Below are positions 35,691 through 43,698 of a stretch of DNA of 64,000 nt, in pieces (position 1 is the stretch's first letter; every line of letters starts with the position of its first letter). A model generated the notes under the pieces. That model was not told the DNA's origin, searched no databases, and saw only the letters and a list, made by a program, of their open reading frames with translations. The DNA lies in assembly GCF_046292425.1 (NCBI RefSeq), contig NZ_JBKBQV010000001.1, positions 52,175-116,174 on the forward strand, in the 5' to 3' direction. The position numbers and the translations under genes were made by a program. Source of the stretch: Sphingorhabdus sp. Lineage in GTDB: Bacteria > Pseudomonadota > Alphaproteobacteria > Sphingomonadales > Sphingomonadaceae.

Positions 35691-36038
35691 TTACCCAAAG
35701 GTAACGGCTTCAGCGGCAATCATCCGAGCCTCGGACTCCAGCCCCACCTGACGCAGCGAACGGACAATGTGGTAGAGGTGGCTGGCGGGCACCAACGACC
35801 ATGAAGGGGCCTGCATGCCAGCAATTGCCATCAATGCAACAGTGCCCTGCTCGCCCCTCTCTGCTGCGGCAGTGATGGCCCTCGACCATGCTGACTGCTG
35901 CAGAATATTGATTTTGAGGTCACCAGCAAATTCCGTTCGTGCGTCGCCCTCAACCCGGCCAAGTCCTGACAGGCCAGCTAAAAGGAGCGCAGATTTATGA
36001 CCTTTTGAACTGCTGTCGCTTTTGTAGAAGTCGTCCAA
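35691..36038 (-). CDS. C-terminal segment of the upstream secreted-protein gene, separated from it by an in-frame TAG
   Basis: 115-aa ORF in the same frame as 36045..37499. Only TAG (36045-36047) plus two codons separate them, and the putative start is TTG. Confidence 0.5.
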   Translation of the reverse strand: MDDFYKSDSSSKGHKSALLLAGLSGLGRVEGDARTEFAGDLKINILQQSAWSRAITAAAERGEQGTVALMAIAGMQAPSWSLVPASHLYHIVRSLRQVGLESEARMIAAEAVTFG

Positions 36039-36044
36039 GCTGCC

Positions 36045-37499
36045 CTAGTCAGCGGCGGCCACGCGTCCGGGAGCAGCCAGAGTAACGAGCGCCCAGCCAA
36101 GCGAGCCCTCGGGCACAACGCCAATCCACCGCGCAGCGGAGCGGTCAAGACCTGCTGTGACCATTGAGGCAATGAGCCCGTCAGCCGCTGCCTCATGGTC
36201 TGCGCTTGGACTTATTAACGCAGCGGCGCGCGCTGTCATAACGAGCGCCGCATGATAATCGGCCCCGGCGGCGGCGGCCGACCATAAGGATGTCATCGCC
36301 GCAACCTTGGCATTCGCGCCAGACGCGGTGTACGCGTTGCCAAGTCTTTCGGCTTGCGACCGCAAGGCATCAGGTGCTTCTGTGTCGTCAAGCACCTGCG
36401 CATATAGATCAACCATGTCCCGGTTCGACAATATTCCAAGTGCAGCAGCGCCCGGTGCGTATTTGGCGCGAACCGCAGGAGTGAACATAGGCAATTGTAC
36501 ACGCCACCCGTCGACCTGACGGCCCGTATCATCAAAAAGGCGTTCCGGTGGTTCAAGTCCGACGGCGGCGGAAAGACCAAATCGCCAAGGGTTCATGCCT
36601 TTGACGTTTTCCCATTCAATCTTGACCGAGCGTCGCCCGTTAATGCCAGCGCCTACGGCTTTTTCTGCTAGCAGATAGTCAACACCGCGGACCCATCCCT
36701 GATATCGGCCCTGATTTATAAATGCGGTTGCGCTGCCCTGTTCACCCGCCAACGATGCGCAGATAGCGCGTGACATTTTCCAACGGCCGCTATTGACGAG
36801 GCGCACGCCGCTTTCACTGATAGGACACAAGCCCGCGAGGTCACCATTGGCAAGATAGGCTTGCATCGCAACTTCATGAAGCCGCTTGGTGTAGTCAGCG
36901 CCATCGACCTTTTGCACAAGGTTACGCGCCACAACTGAATCGCCCATGCGCAGAAGCAGCCAGGCGCGCTCAGCCGTCCAGTCCGCGCCGTTTACCCCGT
37001 CCGGCGTGTTGGTGCGACTGGCCAGTAACCGCCGCGCCATAATAGTGCCCCAGCGTGATGCAATTGGCCCAGATATGCGTTCGACGACTTGATTCAAGAA
37101 CGCGCCATCCAGCGATCCAAAGGCGTCTGCTGGAAATCCGCCGGATTCCGGAGAAATAATCCCGACGGCGTTGAGGGAGCGGCGCGCGGCCGGTGGCACA
37201 TCAAAGCGGATGACCATTTCCGGCTCTTCAGCTTCTTCTTCCTCTTCGTCATCTTCGGTCGCCACGGTAGCCGTCGCGACACCGGTTCCAGGTGTGAAGA
37301 TTGGCGACGTCGCTCCTGCCGGCGTTCCCGGCACCGTGGGCGCTGGCCTGGCTGGGGTCGGGGCTGGCGGAGGCGGGGGATCACCAAAACCTTCAGGAAG
37401 CAGGGATTCAGGGCCTTGCTGACCAAGCGCTGGCAGGGAGAACACCAAGATCAGGGCGCTCGCAACCATTAGGCCGCTTTTTGTTATCTTGTCAGTCAA
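36045..37499 (-). CDS. Hypothetical secreted protein with Pro-rich and poly-acidic N-terminal regions
   Basis: 484 aa with a signal peptide (MVASALILVFSLPALGQQ), PPPPPAPTPARPAP, and DDEEEEEAEEPE. I recognise no domain. It ends at a TAG that is in frame with the next ORF. Confidence 0.7.
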   Translation of the reverse strand: MTDKITKSGLMVASALILVFSLPALGQQGPESLLPEGFGDPPPPPAPTPARPAPTVPGTPAGATSPIFTPGTGVATATVATEDDEEEEEAEEPEMVIRFDVPPAARRSLNAVGIISPESGGFPADAFGSLDGAFLNQVVERISGPIASRWGTIMARRLLASRTNTPDGVNGADWTAERAWLLLRMGDSVVARNLVQKVDGADYTKRLHEVAMQAYLANGDLAGLCPISESGVRLVNSGRWKMSRAICASLAGEQGSATAFINQGRYQGWVRGVDYLLAEKAVGAGINGRRSVKIEWENVKGMNPWRFGLSAAVGLEPPERLFDDTGRQVDGWRVQLPMFTPAVRAKYAPGAAALGILSNRDMVDLYAQVLDDTEAPDALRSQAERLGNAYTASGANAKVAAMTSLWSAAAAGADYHAALVMTARAAALISPSADHEAAADGLIASMVTAGLDRSAARWIGVVPEGSLGWALVTLAAPGRVAAAD

Positions 37500-37750
37500 T
37501 GTTGCAAACCTGTTCCCATAAATGCGCGCTACGATGCAGTTAGTTGCCGTATCATTGGCTGCGAATGCTGCAGCGATGTTCTATGAATAGCAATCCTATG
37601 ACGTCCGCGGCAACAGATAGAAACTGCAAAAACCTTATTTCGCATGTTTCGACATTTGTCATAGTCCAAACCGGCTGCTGTTACAGCGCAAATTTATAAC
37701 GCAGCAAACTGCTTTCGGCTTAAGCTAAGCCGATATATAGCTACGGCACA

Positions 37751-38314
37751 ATGGCGCTACATCAAGAACCACAAAACCAAAAGCAGGACAAACAACTCGA
37801 CTTAGTCATCACGCAGCCGGTTGTGCTTGTCGGCATGATGGGTGTTGGCAAAACCAGCATCGGCAAACGCCTTGCGACCCGACTCGGTACAGCATTTGTC
37901 GACGCGGATGACGAAATTGAAAAGGCAGCAGGGCTATCGATTGCTGAGATATTCGATAAATTTGGCGAGGAATATTTTCGTGATGGGGAACGGAGGGTTA
38001 TTGCAAGACTCATCGACGGCGAACCCAAAGTCATTGCGACAGGCGGGGGTGCATTCGTCAACCCGGTAACGCGCGCGCTGATATTGGAACGGGCAACGTC
38101 CATCTGGCTTGATGCGGATGTGCATGTGCTGGCGGACCGTGTATCCCGGCGAAACCATCGCCCGTTGTTGAAAGGCAAAGACCCGGTCGAAGTTCTGACC
38201 GAACTTGGCAAGATCCGAAACCCGCTTTATGCCGCCGCGAACTTCCATGTCCGCAGCGATACGTCGCCGCATGTCCGGACCGTCGAAAACATCTTAAAGG
38301 CCCTCGCCGCATGA
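37751..38314 (+). CDS. aroK: Shikimate kinase
   Basis: 187 aa with P-loop GMMGVGKTSIGKRLA and an FRDGERRV motif. A 4-nt overlap links it to aroB. Confidence 0.9.
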   Translation: MALHQEPQNQKQDKQLDLVITQPVVLVGMMGVGKTSIGKRLATRLGTAFVDADDEIEKAAGLSIAEIFDKFGEEYFRDGERRVIARLIDGEPKVIATGGGAFVNPVTRALILERATSIWLDADVHVLADRVSRRNHRPLLKGKDPVEVLTELGKIRNPLYAAANFHVRSDTSPHVRTVENILKALAA

Positions 38315-39417
38315 CCGTGATATCTGTTGAACTGTCCAACACGCCCTATGAAATTCACGTACAAGCTGGCTTGCTGAACAACGTCGGCAATATTCTTCCA
38401 TCTTATGCTCGTGACGGTCGACTGCTGGTTGTGACCGACAAAAATGTCGCTGCCGCCGTTCTGCCAAAGTTTGAAGCTGCACTGCGCATGGCGGGCGTTT
38501 CATGTGCCACCTTCACACTGCCAGCGGGCGAAGCTGGTAAAAGTTGGATGCAATTGGAACAGCTCACAGATTGGCTGCTTGCACATCATGTTGAGCGCAG
38601 CGACCATATAATCGCGCTTGGCGGCGGCGTGGTGGGCGACATCACAGGCTTCGCTGCCCATATAATCAAGCGCGGATGTGCCTTTGTGCAAATTCCGACG
38701 ACTTTGCTTGCTCAAGTGGACAGCAGTGTAGGTGGCAAGACTGCCATCAACAGTGCGGCTGGCAAAAATCTGGTCGGTGCTTTCCATCAACCGGCGTTGG
38801 TGCTTATCGATCCTGACCTGTTACAGACATTACCCACCCGCCAGCTCGCGGCCGGTTTTGCAGAAGTGGTGAAATATGGCCTTATCGACGACGCCGATTT
38901 CTTTAATTACTGCGACGACAATCTCGACAGCTTTTTTGCGGGTGACCCTGTTGTGCGCGCGCAAGCGATCATCCGGTCTGTGCAATCCAAGGCGCGGGTG
39001 GTCGCAGCCGACGAGACCGAGCGAAACGGTACGCGTGCCTTGCTTAATTTGGGGCACACTTTCGGCCATGCTTTGGAGGCGGACACTGGATTTTCGGATC
39101 GACTATTTCATGGCGAGGCAGTTGCCGCAGGGATGGCGCTGGCGTTTCGGTATTCGGTCCGTCTAGGCCTTTGTCCCACGGGCGACGCCATTCGGGTCGA
39201 GGCGCTGTTGCGGCGCGCTGGTCTGCCAACGACGCTATCGGATGCCGGCGTTTCCGCCAACGGCGCCACTTTGGTTAATCATATGCGACATGATAAAAAA
39301 ATGAGCGGAGGCACGCTTCCCTTCCTGCTGGCAAAGGGTATTGGCCAGACATTCTTGTCAAAGAATGTACTACTCGAGGATGTCGCCGCATTCCTCGATA
39401 GCGAAGCTCAATCCTGA
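38311..39417 (+). CDS. aroB: 3-dehydroquinate synthase
   Basis: 368 aa with motifs GGGVVGDITGFAA, DSSVGGKTAIN and LNLGHTFGHALE. Confidence 0.95.
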   Translation: MTVISVELSNTPYEIHVQAGLLNNVGNILPSYARDGRLLVVTDKNVAAAVLPKFEAALRMAGVSCATFTLPAGEAGKSWMQLEQLTDWLLAHHVERSDHIIALGGGVVGDITGFAAHIIKRGCAFVQIPTTLLAQVDSSVGGKTAINSAAGKNLVGAFHQPALVLIDPDLLQTLPTRQLAAGFAEVVKYGLIDDADFFNYCDDNLDSFFAGDPVVRAQAIIRSVQSKARVVAADETERNGTRALLNLGHTFGHALEADTGFSDRLFHGEAVAAGMALAFRYSVRLGLCPTGDAIRVEALLRRAGLPTTLSDAGVSANGATLVNHMRHDKKMSGGTLPFLLAKGIGQTFLSKNVLLEDVAAFLDSEAQS

Positions 39418-41195
39418 GCAATTAGGAAGTCATCCGAATCATCGCCGCCAAAACTGTGCCGTGTTCCGGCGTGCATATCGCCACTCGCGAATTGCGCTTT
39501 CAGCCGATCGCGGTCACGCCGCCGGAATTCCTCTATGATGTTATGAATGGCTTCCCGTTCGGTGCCGAAATATTTGAGCGCATCGGCGGACATGCGGATG
39601 GAGGATTCAAACACTTCCCGCATGATGCTAATGCCGTCGTCTGTCATCAGCAAAAGAGCCTGCTGCCGGTCGAATGCACGCACAAACAGCTTAGTGCGCG
39701 GAAATGTCTGGCGTACAGGCATCAGTGATTCTGCGGTCATATACCTGTCATCAATGCAGAAGAAGATTGCCTGAGCGTCTTCCCCCCCTGCGCGCTTCAG
39801 CAAGTCAACGCGCGTGCCGTCGCCGTAAAATACCTTGAAGCCAAAGTCGCCACTGCGATCGATGGTCTGCGGGTTGATGTCAATCAACGTCACTGAAAGC
39901 CCGGCGGCTTGCATGATTTGTGATACCTGCTGCCCGAAACGACCATGCCCGACGATGATGACATTGGCTTGAGATGCCAGCTCAGGGTCATCAAGCTGCA
40001 CATCCTCCCGGCCCTTCCGCGCGGCAAGCTTGCCCGCGATGATCATGAGGAATGGCGTTGTCGCCATCGACAACGTTACAACCGCACCGAACAGGCTTGC
40101 GGCCTCAGGCTCAATCAACAACGCCTGCTGCGCCGCTGCGAACAATACGAACGCAAATTCGCCTCCTTGGCTTAAGAGCATAGCCATGATGATAGATTGT
40201 TTGCTTTGGAGACCAAAGAACCGGCCAAGCGCGAAGATGACGACAGTCTTTACGGCGACCAGCGCCACTGCAAGTCCCGCCACGAAAAAGGGTTGGGACA
40301 AAATGACATCAACATCGAGCAACATGCCCACGGCAAGGAAAAATAACCCAAGCAGTATCGAACGGAACGGATCAATGTCCGCCTCCAACTCGTGTCGGTA
40401 AGGCGATTCTGCCAGCATGACCCCTGCGACGAAGGCACCTAGCGCCGGCGACACGCCAATCGCCTGCATCACTGCGGCGCTAACGCAAACGGTAAATAGT
40501 CCAGTGACAATAAACAATTCCCGTTCCGAAATTTTGCCGACCAGCCGCAACAATGGCGACAGCAGATAGCGGCCGGCCAACACCAGCCCGGCTATCGCCA
40601 CTGCAGCGTAAAGAACAAGATACCATCCTTCTATCGCGCCTTCTTCGGCAGGTGCGCGCGACAGGGCAGCAACGATAGTCAGCAAAGGAACTATGGAAAT
40701 GTCCTGAAACAGCAGGATGGAGAAGCTTTTCTCGCCATAATCTGTTTTCATCCGGCCGCGAGATTGGAGCAGAGGGAGCACCTGTGCCGTCGACGACAAT
40801 GCCAGGGGCAGGCCAAGGACTAACGCGGCCTGCCAGCTAAAGCTCGGCATGGCGAAATGGACCACAGCAAACATGCCAAGCCCGCACAAGATAACCTGTA
40901 ACGGCCCAAAAAGCAGGATATCACGCCGCAACAGCCACAGCCTGCCGGGCGACAGTTCAAGCCCGACAAGGAACAGAAGCAGGATGATGCCGATCTCGGA
41001 ATAGGCCAATATCGTCTGAGGCGCATCAATCAGAGCCAGGCCATCAGGACCAATGGCAATACCGGCGACCAGGTAACCAAGGACAGCGCCAAGCCCCAGA
41101 CGCCGGAAAATCAGCACCGCGACGAGCGCAGCACCAAGCAGCACCACCCCGCCCAACATTACATCAGCGACCAAATGGTGCGATGCTTCCTCCAT
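39408..41195 (-). CDS. CPA2-family cation:proton antiporter with a TrkA-N/KTN domain (KefB/KefC-like), copy 2
   Basis: 595 aa with a TM domain and a Rossmann motif (NVIIVGHGRFGQ). Its ATG shares one nucleotide with the stop of the upstream IscU-like gene. Confidence 0.9.
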   Translation of the reverse strand: MEEASHHLVADVMLGGVVLLGAALVAVLIFRRLGLGAVLGYLVAGIAIGPDGLALIDAPQTILAYSEIGIILLLFLVGLELSPGRLWLLRRDILLFGPLQVILCGLGMFAVVHFAMPSFSWQAALVLGLPLALSSTAQVLPLLQSRGRMKTDYGEKSFSILLFQDISIVPLLTIVAALSRAPAEEGAIEGWYLVLYAAVAIAGLVLAGRYLLSPLLRLVGKISERELFIVTGLFTVCVSAAVMQAIGVSPALGAFVAGVMLAESPYRHELEADIDPFRSILLGLFFLAVGMLLDVDVILSQPFFVAGLAVALVAVKTVVIFALGRFFGLQSKQSIIMAMLLSQGGEFAFVLFAAAQQALLIEPEAASLFGAVVTLSMATTPFLMIIAGKLAARKGREDVQLDDPELASQANVIIVGHGRFGQQVSQIMQAAGLSVTLIDINPQTIDRSGDFGFKVFYGDGTRVDLLKRAGGEDAQAIFFCIDDRYMTAESLMPVRQTFPRTKLFVRAFDRQQALLLMTDDGISIMREVFESSIRMSADALKYFGTEREAIHNIIEEFRRRDRDRLKAQFASGDMHAGTRHSFGGDDSDDFLIAQD

Positions 41196-41629
41196 CAGGT
41201 TATTTCGTTGGCGCGCTCGGCCGCCGCAAGAACTGCGTCATAAGGCAACAATATCGCGGCATGGCGAGACGGAAAATCGCAGGCAGCTGCCAACAGGGCA
41301 AGCTCCGGCCAACATGACGGCATGTCGCCCGCACGCTTTAACGCAGATGCAACACCATCGCGCAATTCTGCAACCTCTGAAACACCCAGACCCACCGCAT
41401 TGTTCATCAAAATAGCGGCGGAGGCTTGACCGAGCGCGCATGCATTGGCGCGCAGTGCAAGCTGAGAAATGAGACCATTGGCATCAGTCACGATATCCGC
41501 CGCAATCCGGCTACCACACAATGGCGACCGCACTTCGGCGGTGCCATCTGGAATTTCAATACGGTGATCCGCCACGAGCGATGTCGCCAACCGCAATATG
41601 TCCCGGTTGTAAAGTGTGGAATCCATCAA
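41195..41629 (-). CDS. Iron-sulfur cluster assembly scaffold-like protein (NifU/IscU N-terminal family)
   Basis: 144 aa. YNRDILRLAT...SPLCGSRI...ANACALGQASAAIL resembles the short alphaproteobacterial IscU/SufU-like proteins. By-eye assignment. Confidence 0.65.
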   Translation of the reverse strand: MMDSTLYNRDILRLATSLVADHRIEIPDGTAEVRSPLCGSRIAADIVTDANGLISQLALRANACALGQASAAILMNNAVGLGVSEVAELRDGVASALKRAGDMPSCWPELALLAAACDFPSRHAAILLPYDAVLAAAERANEIT

Positions 41630-42150
41630 TCTGCCGTTTCGAGCAAAGGATCGTCAGCAAGAGGTTGTTCGCGTACGAATTCGGACATAGCATCACCACT
41701 AGCGTTCAGCAGCGGATATGTCCGCGAACTTGTCATCCACAAAGGCCGAACTTCATCCGCGCCGTAAACCACATCATATCCCATCACAAACAACAGGAAT
41801 AACAAAGTTGCCATAATAAGGCCCTTGAGCATGCCGAAACCAAAACCAAGTACGCGGTCAATGGGGCCAAGGACGGACTTGCGCGACTTGGCTCCGACTG
41901 ATTTCGAAATCCATTTGCCCAGCGCGTAAATGACGATGACGATCGCCAAAAAGGCCAGCACCGCTGCCCCGGAGTCAGAGCCGACTGCTTCTGCCAATGC
42001 AGCCGTTGCGGGGGCATGGAGCATACGGACAGCGACGATAATCAGCACCCAGGCGATCATCGACAGAGCTTCTTGTACAAAACCGCGCAAAAATCCGAAC
42101 ACGGCGCCGCTGCCGAGGAAAAACAGGACGATAATATCGAGTGCGGTCAT
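41626..42150 (-). CDS. cvpA: CvpA family membrane protein
   Basis: Track ORF (TTG 42168) trimmed to the ATG at 42150 (AGGA upstream). Sequence MTALDIIVLFFLGSGAVFGFLRGFVQEAL. This is the usual position after radA. Confidence 0.85.
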   Translation of the reverse strand: MTALDIIVLFFLGSGAVFGFLRGFVQEALSMIAWVLIIVAVRMLHAPATAALAEAVGSDSGAAVLAFLAIVIVIYALGKWISKSVGAKSRKSVLGPIDRVLGFGFGMLKGLIMATLLFLLFVMGYDVVYGADEVRPLWMTSSRTYPLLNASGDAMSEFVREQPLADDPLLETAD

Positions 42151-42240
42151 CTGTTCCTGTTGCCCCAATTTCCAAACGCGTCGCTAGTAACCGGCGTGGA
42201 ACGTCTAATGCCGATGCCCTTGCGACCGTGCGGAGTGGAT

Positions 42241-43605
42241 TTAGTGGCGTCCCAGCATATGGTCAACGAGATTGGCAAGCGTGCGGAACTCTTGCGTTGA
42301 AATACCGGCCTGCCCTTTCACCGACGGTGGAACCAAAGCGCGGCTGAATCCCAGCTTCGCAGATTCCTTCAGCCGAAGTGCGCCATGTGCTACGGGACGG
42401 ATTTCGCCGGATAACGCCACCTCGCCAAATAACACAGCATCGGACGGCAACGGCCGTTCCGCCAAAGCCGAAACCAGTGCGGCTGCCACTGCAAGATCCG
42501 CGGCGGGGTCCGATATACGATATCCGCCCGCAATGTTGAGATACACTTCTGCCGTTGAGAAACTCAATCCGCAACGGGCTTCAAGCACCGCCAATATCAT
42601 AGCCAGCCTTCCACTGTCCCAGCCCACAACCGCTCGGCGAGGTGTAGCGCCGCTAGATAGCCGGACAGTCAGCGCCTGGATCTCAACGAGTACCGGGCGG
42701 GTACCTTCCAACGCCGGGAACACTGTCGCGCCCGTCACTTGCTCAGCCCGATCTGTCAGGAACAATGCGCTGGGGTTACCAACCTCGGTCAACCCTTCTT
42801 CGACCATGGCAAAAACGCCGATTTCATCGGTCCCGCCAAACCGGTTCTTGGACGCCCGCAATATCCGGTATTGATGACTGCGTTCGCCTTCAAAAGACAA
42901 TACCGTGTCGACCATGTGTTCAAGAACGCGCGGTCCGGCAATCGTTCCGTCTTTCGTCACATGACCAACCAGCATCAAAGCAGTACCGCGTTCTTTGGCG
43001 AAGCGAATAAGCTCTTGCGCCGACGCGCGCACCTGACTGACGGTGCCGGGTGCGCCTTCAATCAGGTCGCTGTGCATCGTTTGAATGGAATCAATTACCA
43101 ACAACGCCGGCGGGGCGCCTTGTGCCATAGTTGTCAAAATATCGCGCACTGAGGTGGCAGCCGCGAGTTGCACGGGTGCATCGCCAAGCCCGAGCCGACG
43201 TGCGCGCAGCCGTACCTGGTCAACCGCTTCTTCACCCGAAATATAGGCAACGGCGAGACCGCGCCGCGCGAGATTAGCGGCAGCTTGCAACAACAATGTG
43301 GATTTGCCAATTCCAGGATCTCCGCCCAGCAAGGTCGCCGACCCCGGCACAAGCCCGCCACCCAGCGCGCGGTCAAATTCGGAAATGCCGGTGGATGCGC
43401 GTTCGGGGAGTTTGATGTCTGTATTGAGTCCCGACAGCTCAACCGCACGGCCACCCGAATGCAAATGATGCTTTAACTCGAATACTGTTGCACTCGCCTC
43501 CTCAGCCAATGTGTTCCATTCGCCACAGTCATCGCACTGTCCCTGCCATCGGTTCGATTCGGAACCGCATGCCTGACATATATATCTGCGCTTTGCCTTT
43601 GCCAT
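42241..43605 (-). CDS. radA: DNA repair protein RadA
   Basis: 454 aa with a zinc finger (CQACGSESNRWQGQCDDCGEWNT), Walker A GDPGIGKST, a KNRFG motif, and a Lon-protease-like C-terminal domain. Confidence 0.95.
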   Translation of the reverse strand: MAKAKRRYICQACGSESNRWQGQCDDCGEWNTLAEEASATVFELKHHLHSGGRAVELSGLNTDIKLPERASTGISEFDRALGGGLVPGSATLLGGDPGIGKSTLLLQAAANLARRGLAVAYISGEEAVDQVRLRARRLGLGDAPVQLAAATSVRDILTTMAQGAPPALLVIDSIQTMHSDLIEGAPGTVSQVRASAQELIRFAKERGTALMLVGHVTKDGTIAGPRVLEHMVDTVLSFEGERSHQYRILRASKNRFGGTDEIGVFAMVEEGLTEVGNPSALFLTDRAEQVTGATVFPALEGTRPVLVEIQALTVRLSSGATPRRAVVGWDSGRLAMILAVLEARCGLSFSTAEVYLNIAGGYRISDPAADLAVAAALVSALAERPLPSDAVLFGEVALSGEIRPVAHGALRLKESAKLGFSRALVPPSVKGQAGISTQEFRTLANLVDHMLGRH

Positions 43606-43620
43606 TGGCGACGACTATCA

Positions 43621-43635
43621 GAACAAATCAAGAAC
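43621..43635. promoter_or_regulatory. Alphaproteobacterial LexA (SOS) box candidate GAAC-N7-GAAC
   Basis: GAACaaatcaaGAAC lies in the 93-bp radA/patatin divergent intergenic region. It ends 16 nt upstream of the radA ATG and 64 nt upstream of the patatin-like ATG. Confidence 0.45.
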
Positions 43636-43698
43636 TCAAGAAATAATAGCAAAGTTTCGGCGCTTGCGCAGGGCGTTCCCTGATGCCACACCCTTATC

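Noticed and set aside
37717-37733. The perfect small palindrome CGGCTTA-agc-TAAGCCG just upstream of aroK, within a 250-bp intergenic region considered for an sRNA or riboswitch.
   Set aside because: It has a 7-bp stem with a 3-nt loop and no flanking conserved structure that I can recognise. It may be part of the aroK 5' UTR, but on sequence alone it is not distinguishable from chance.
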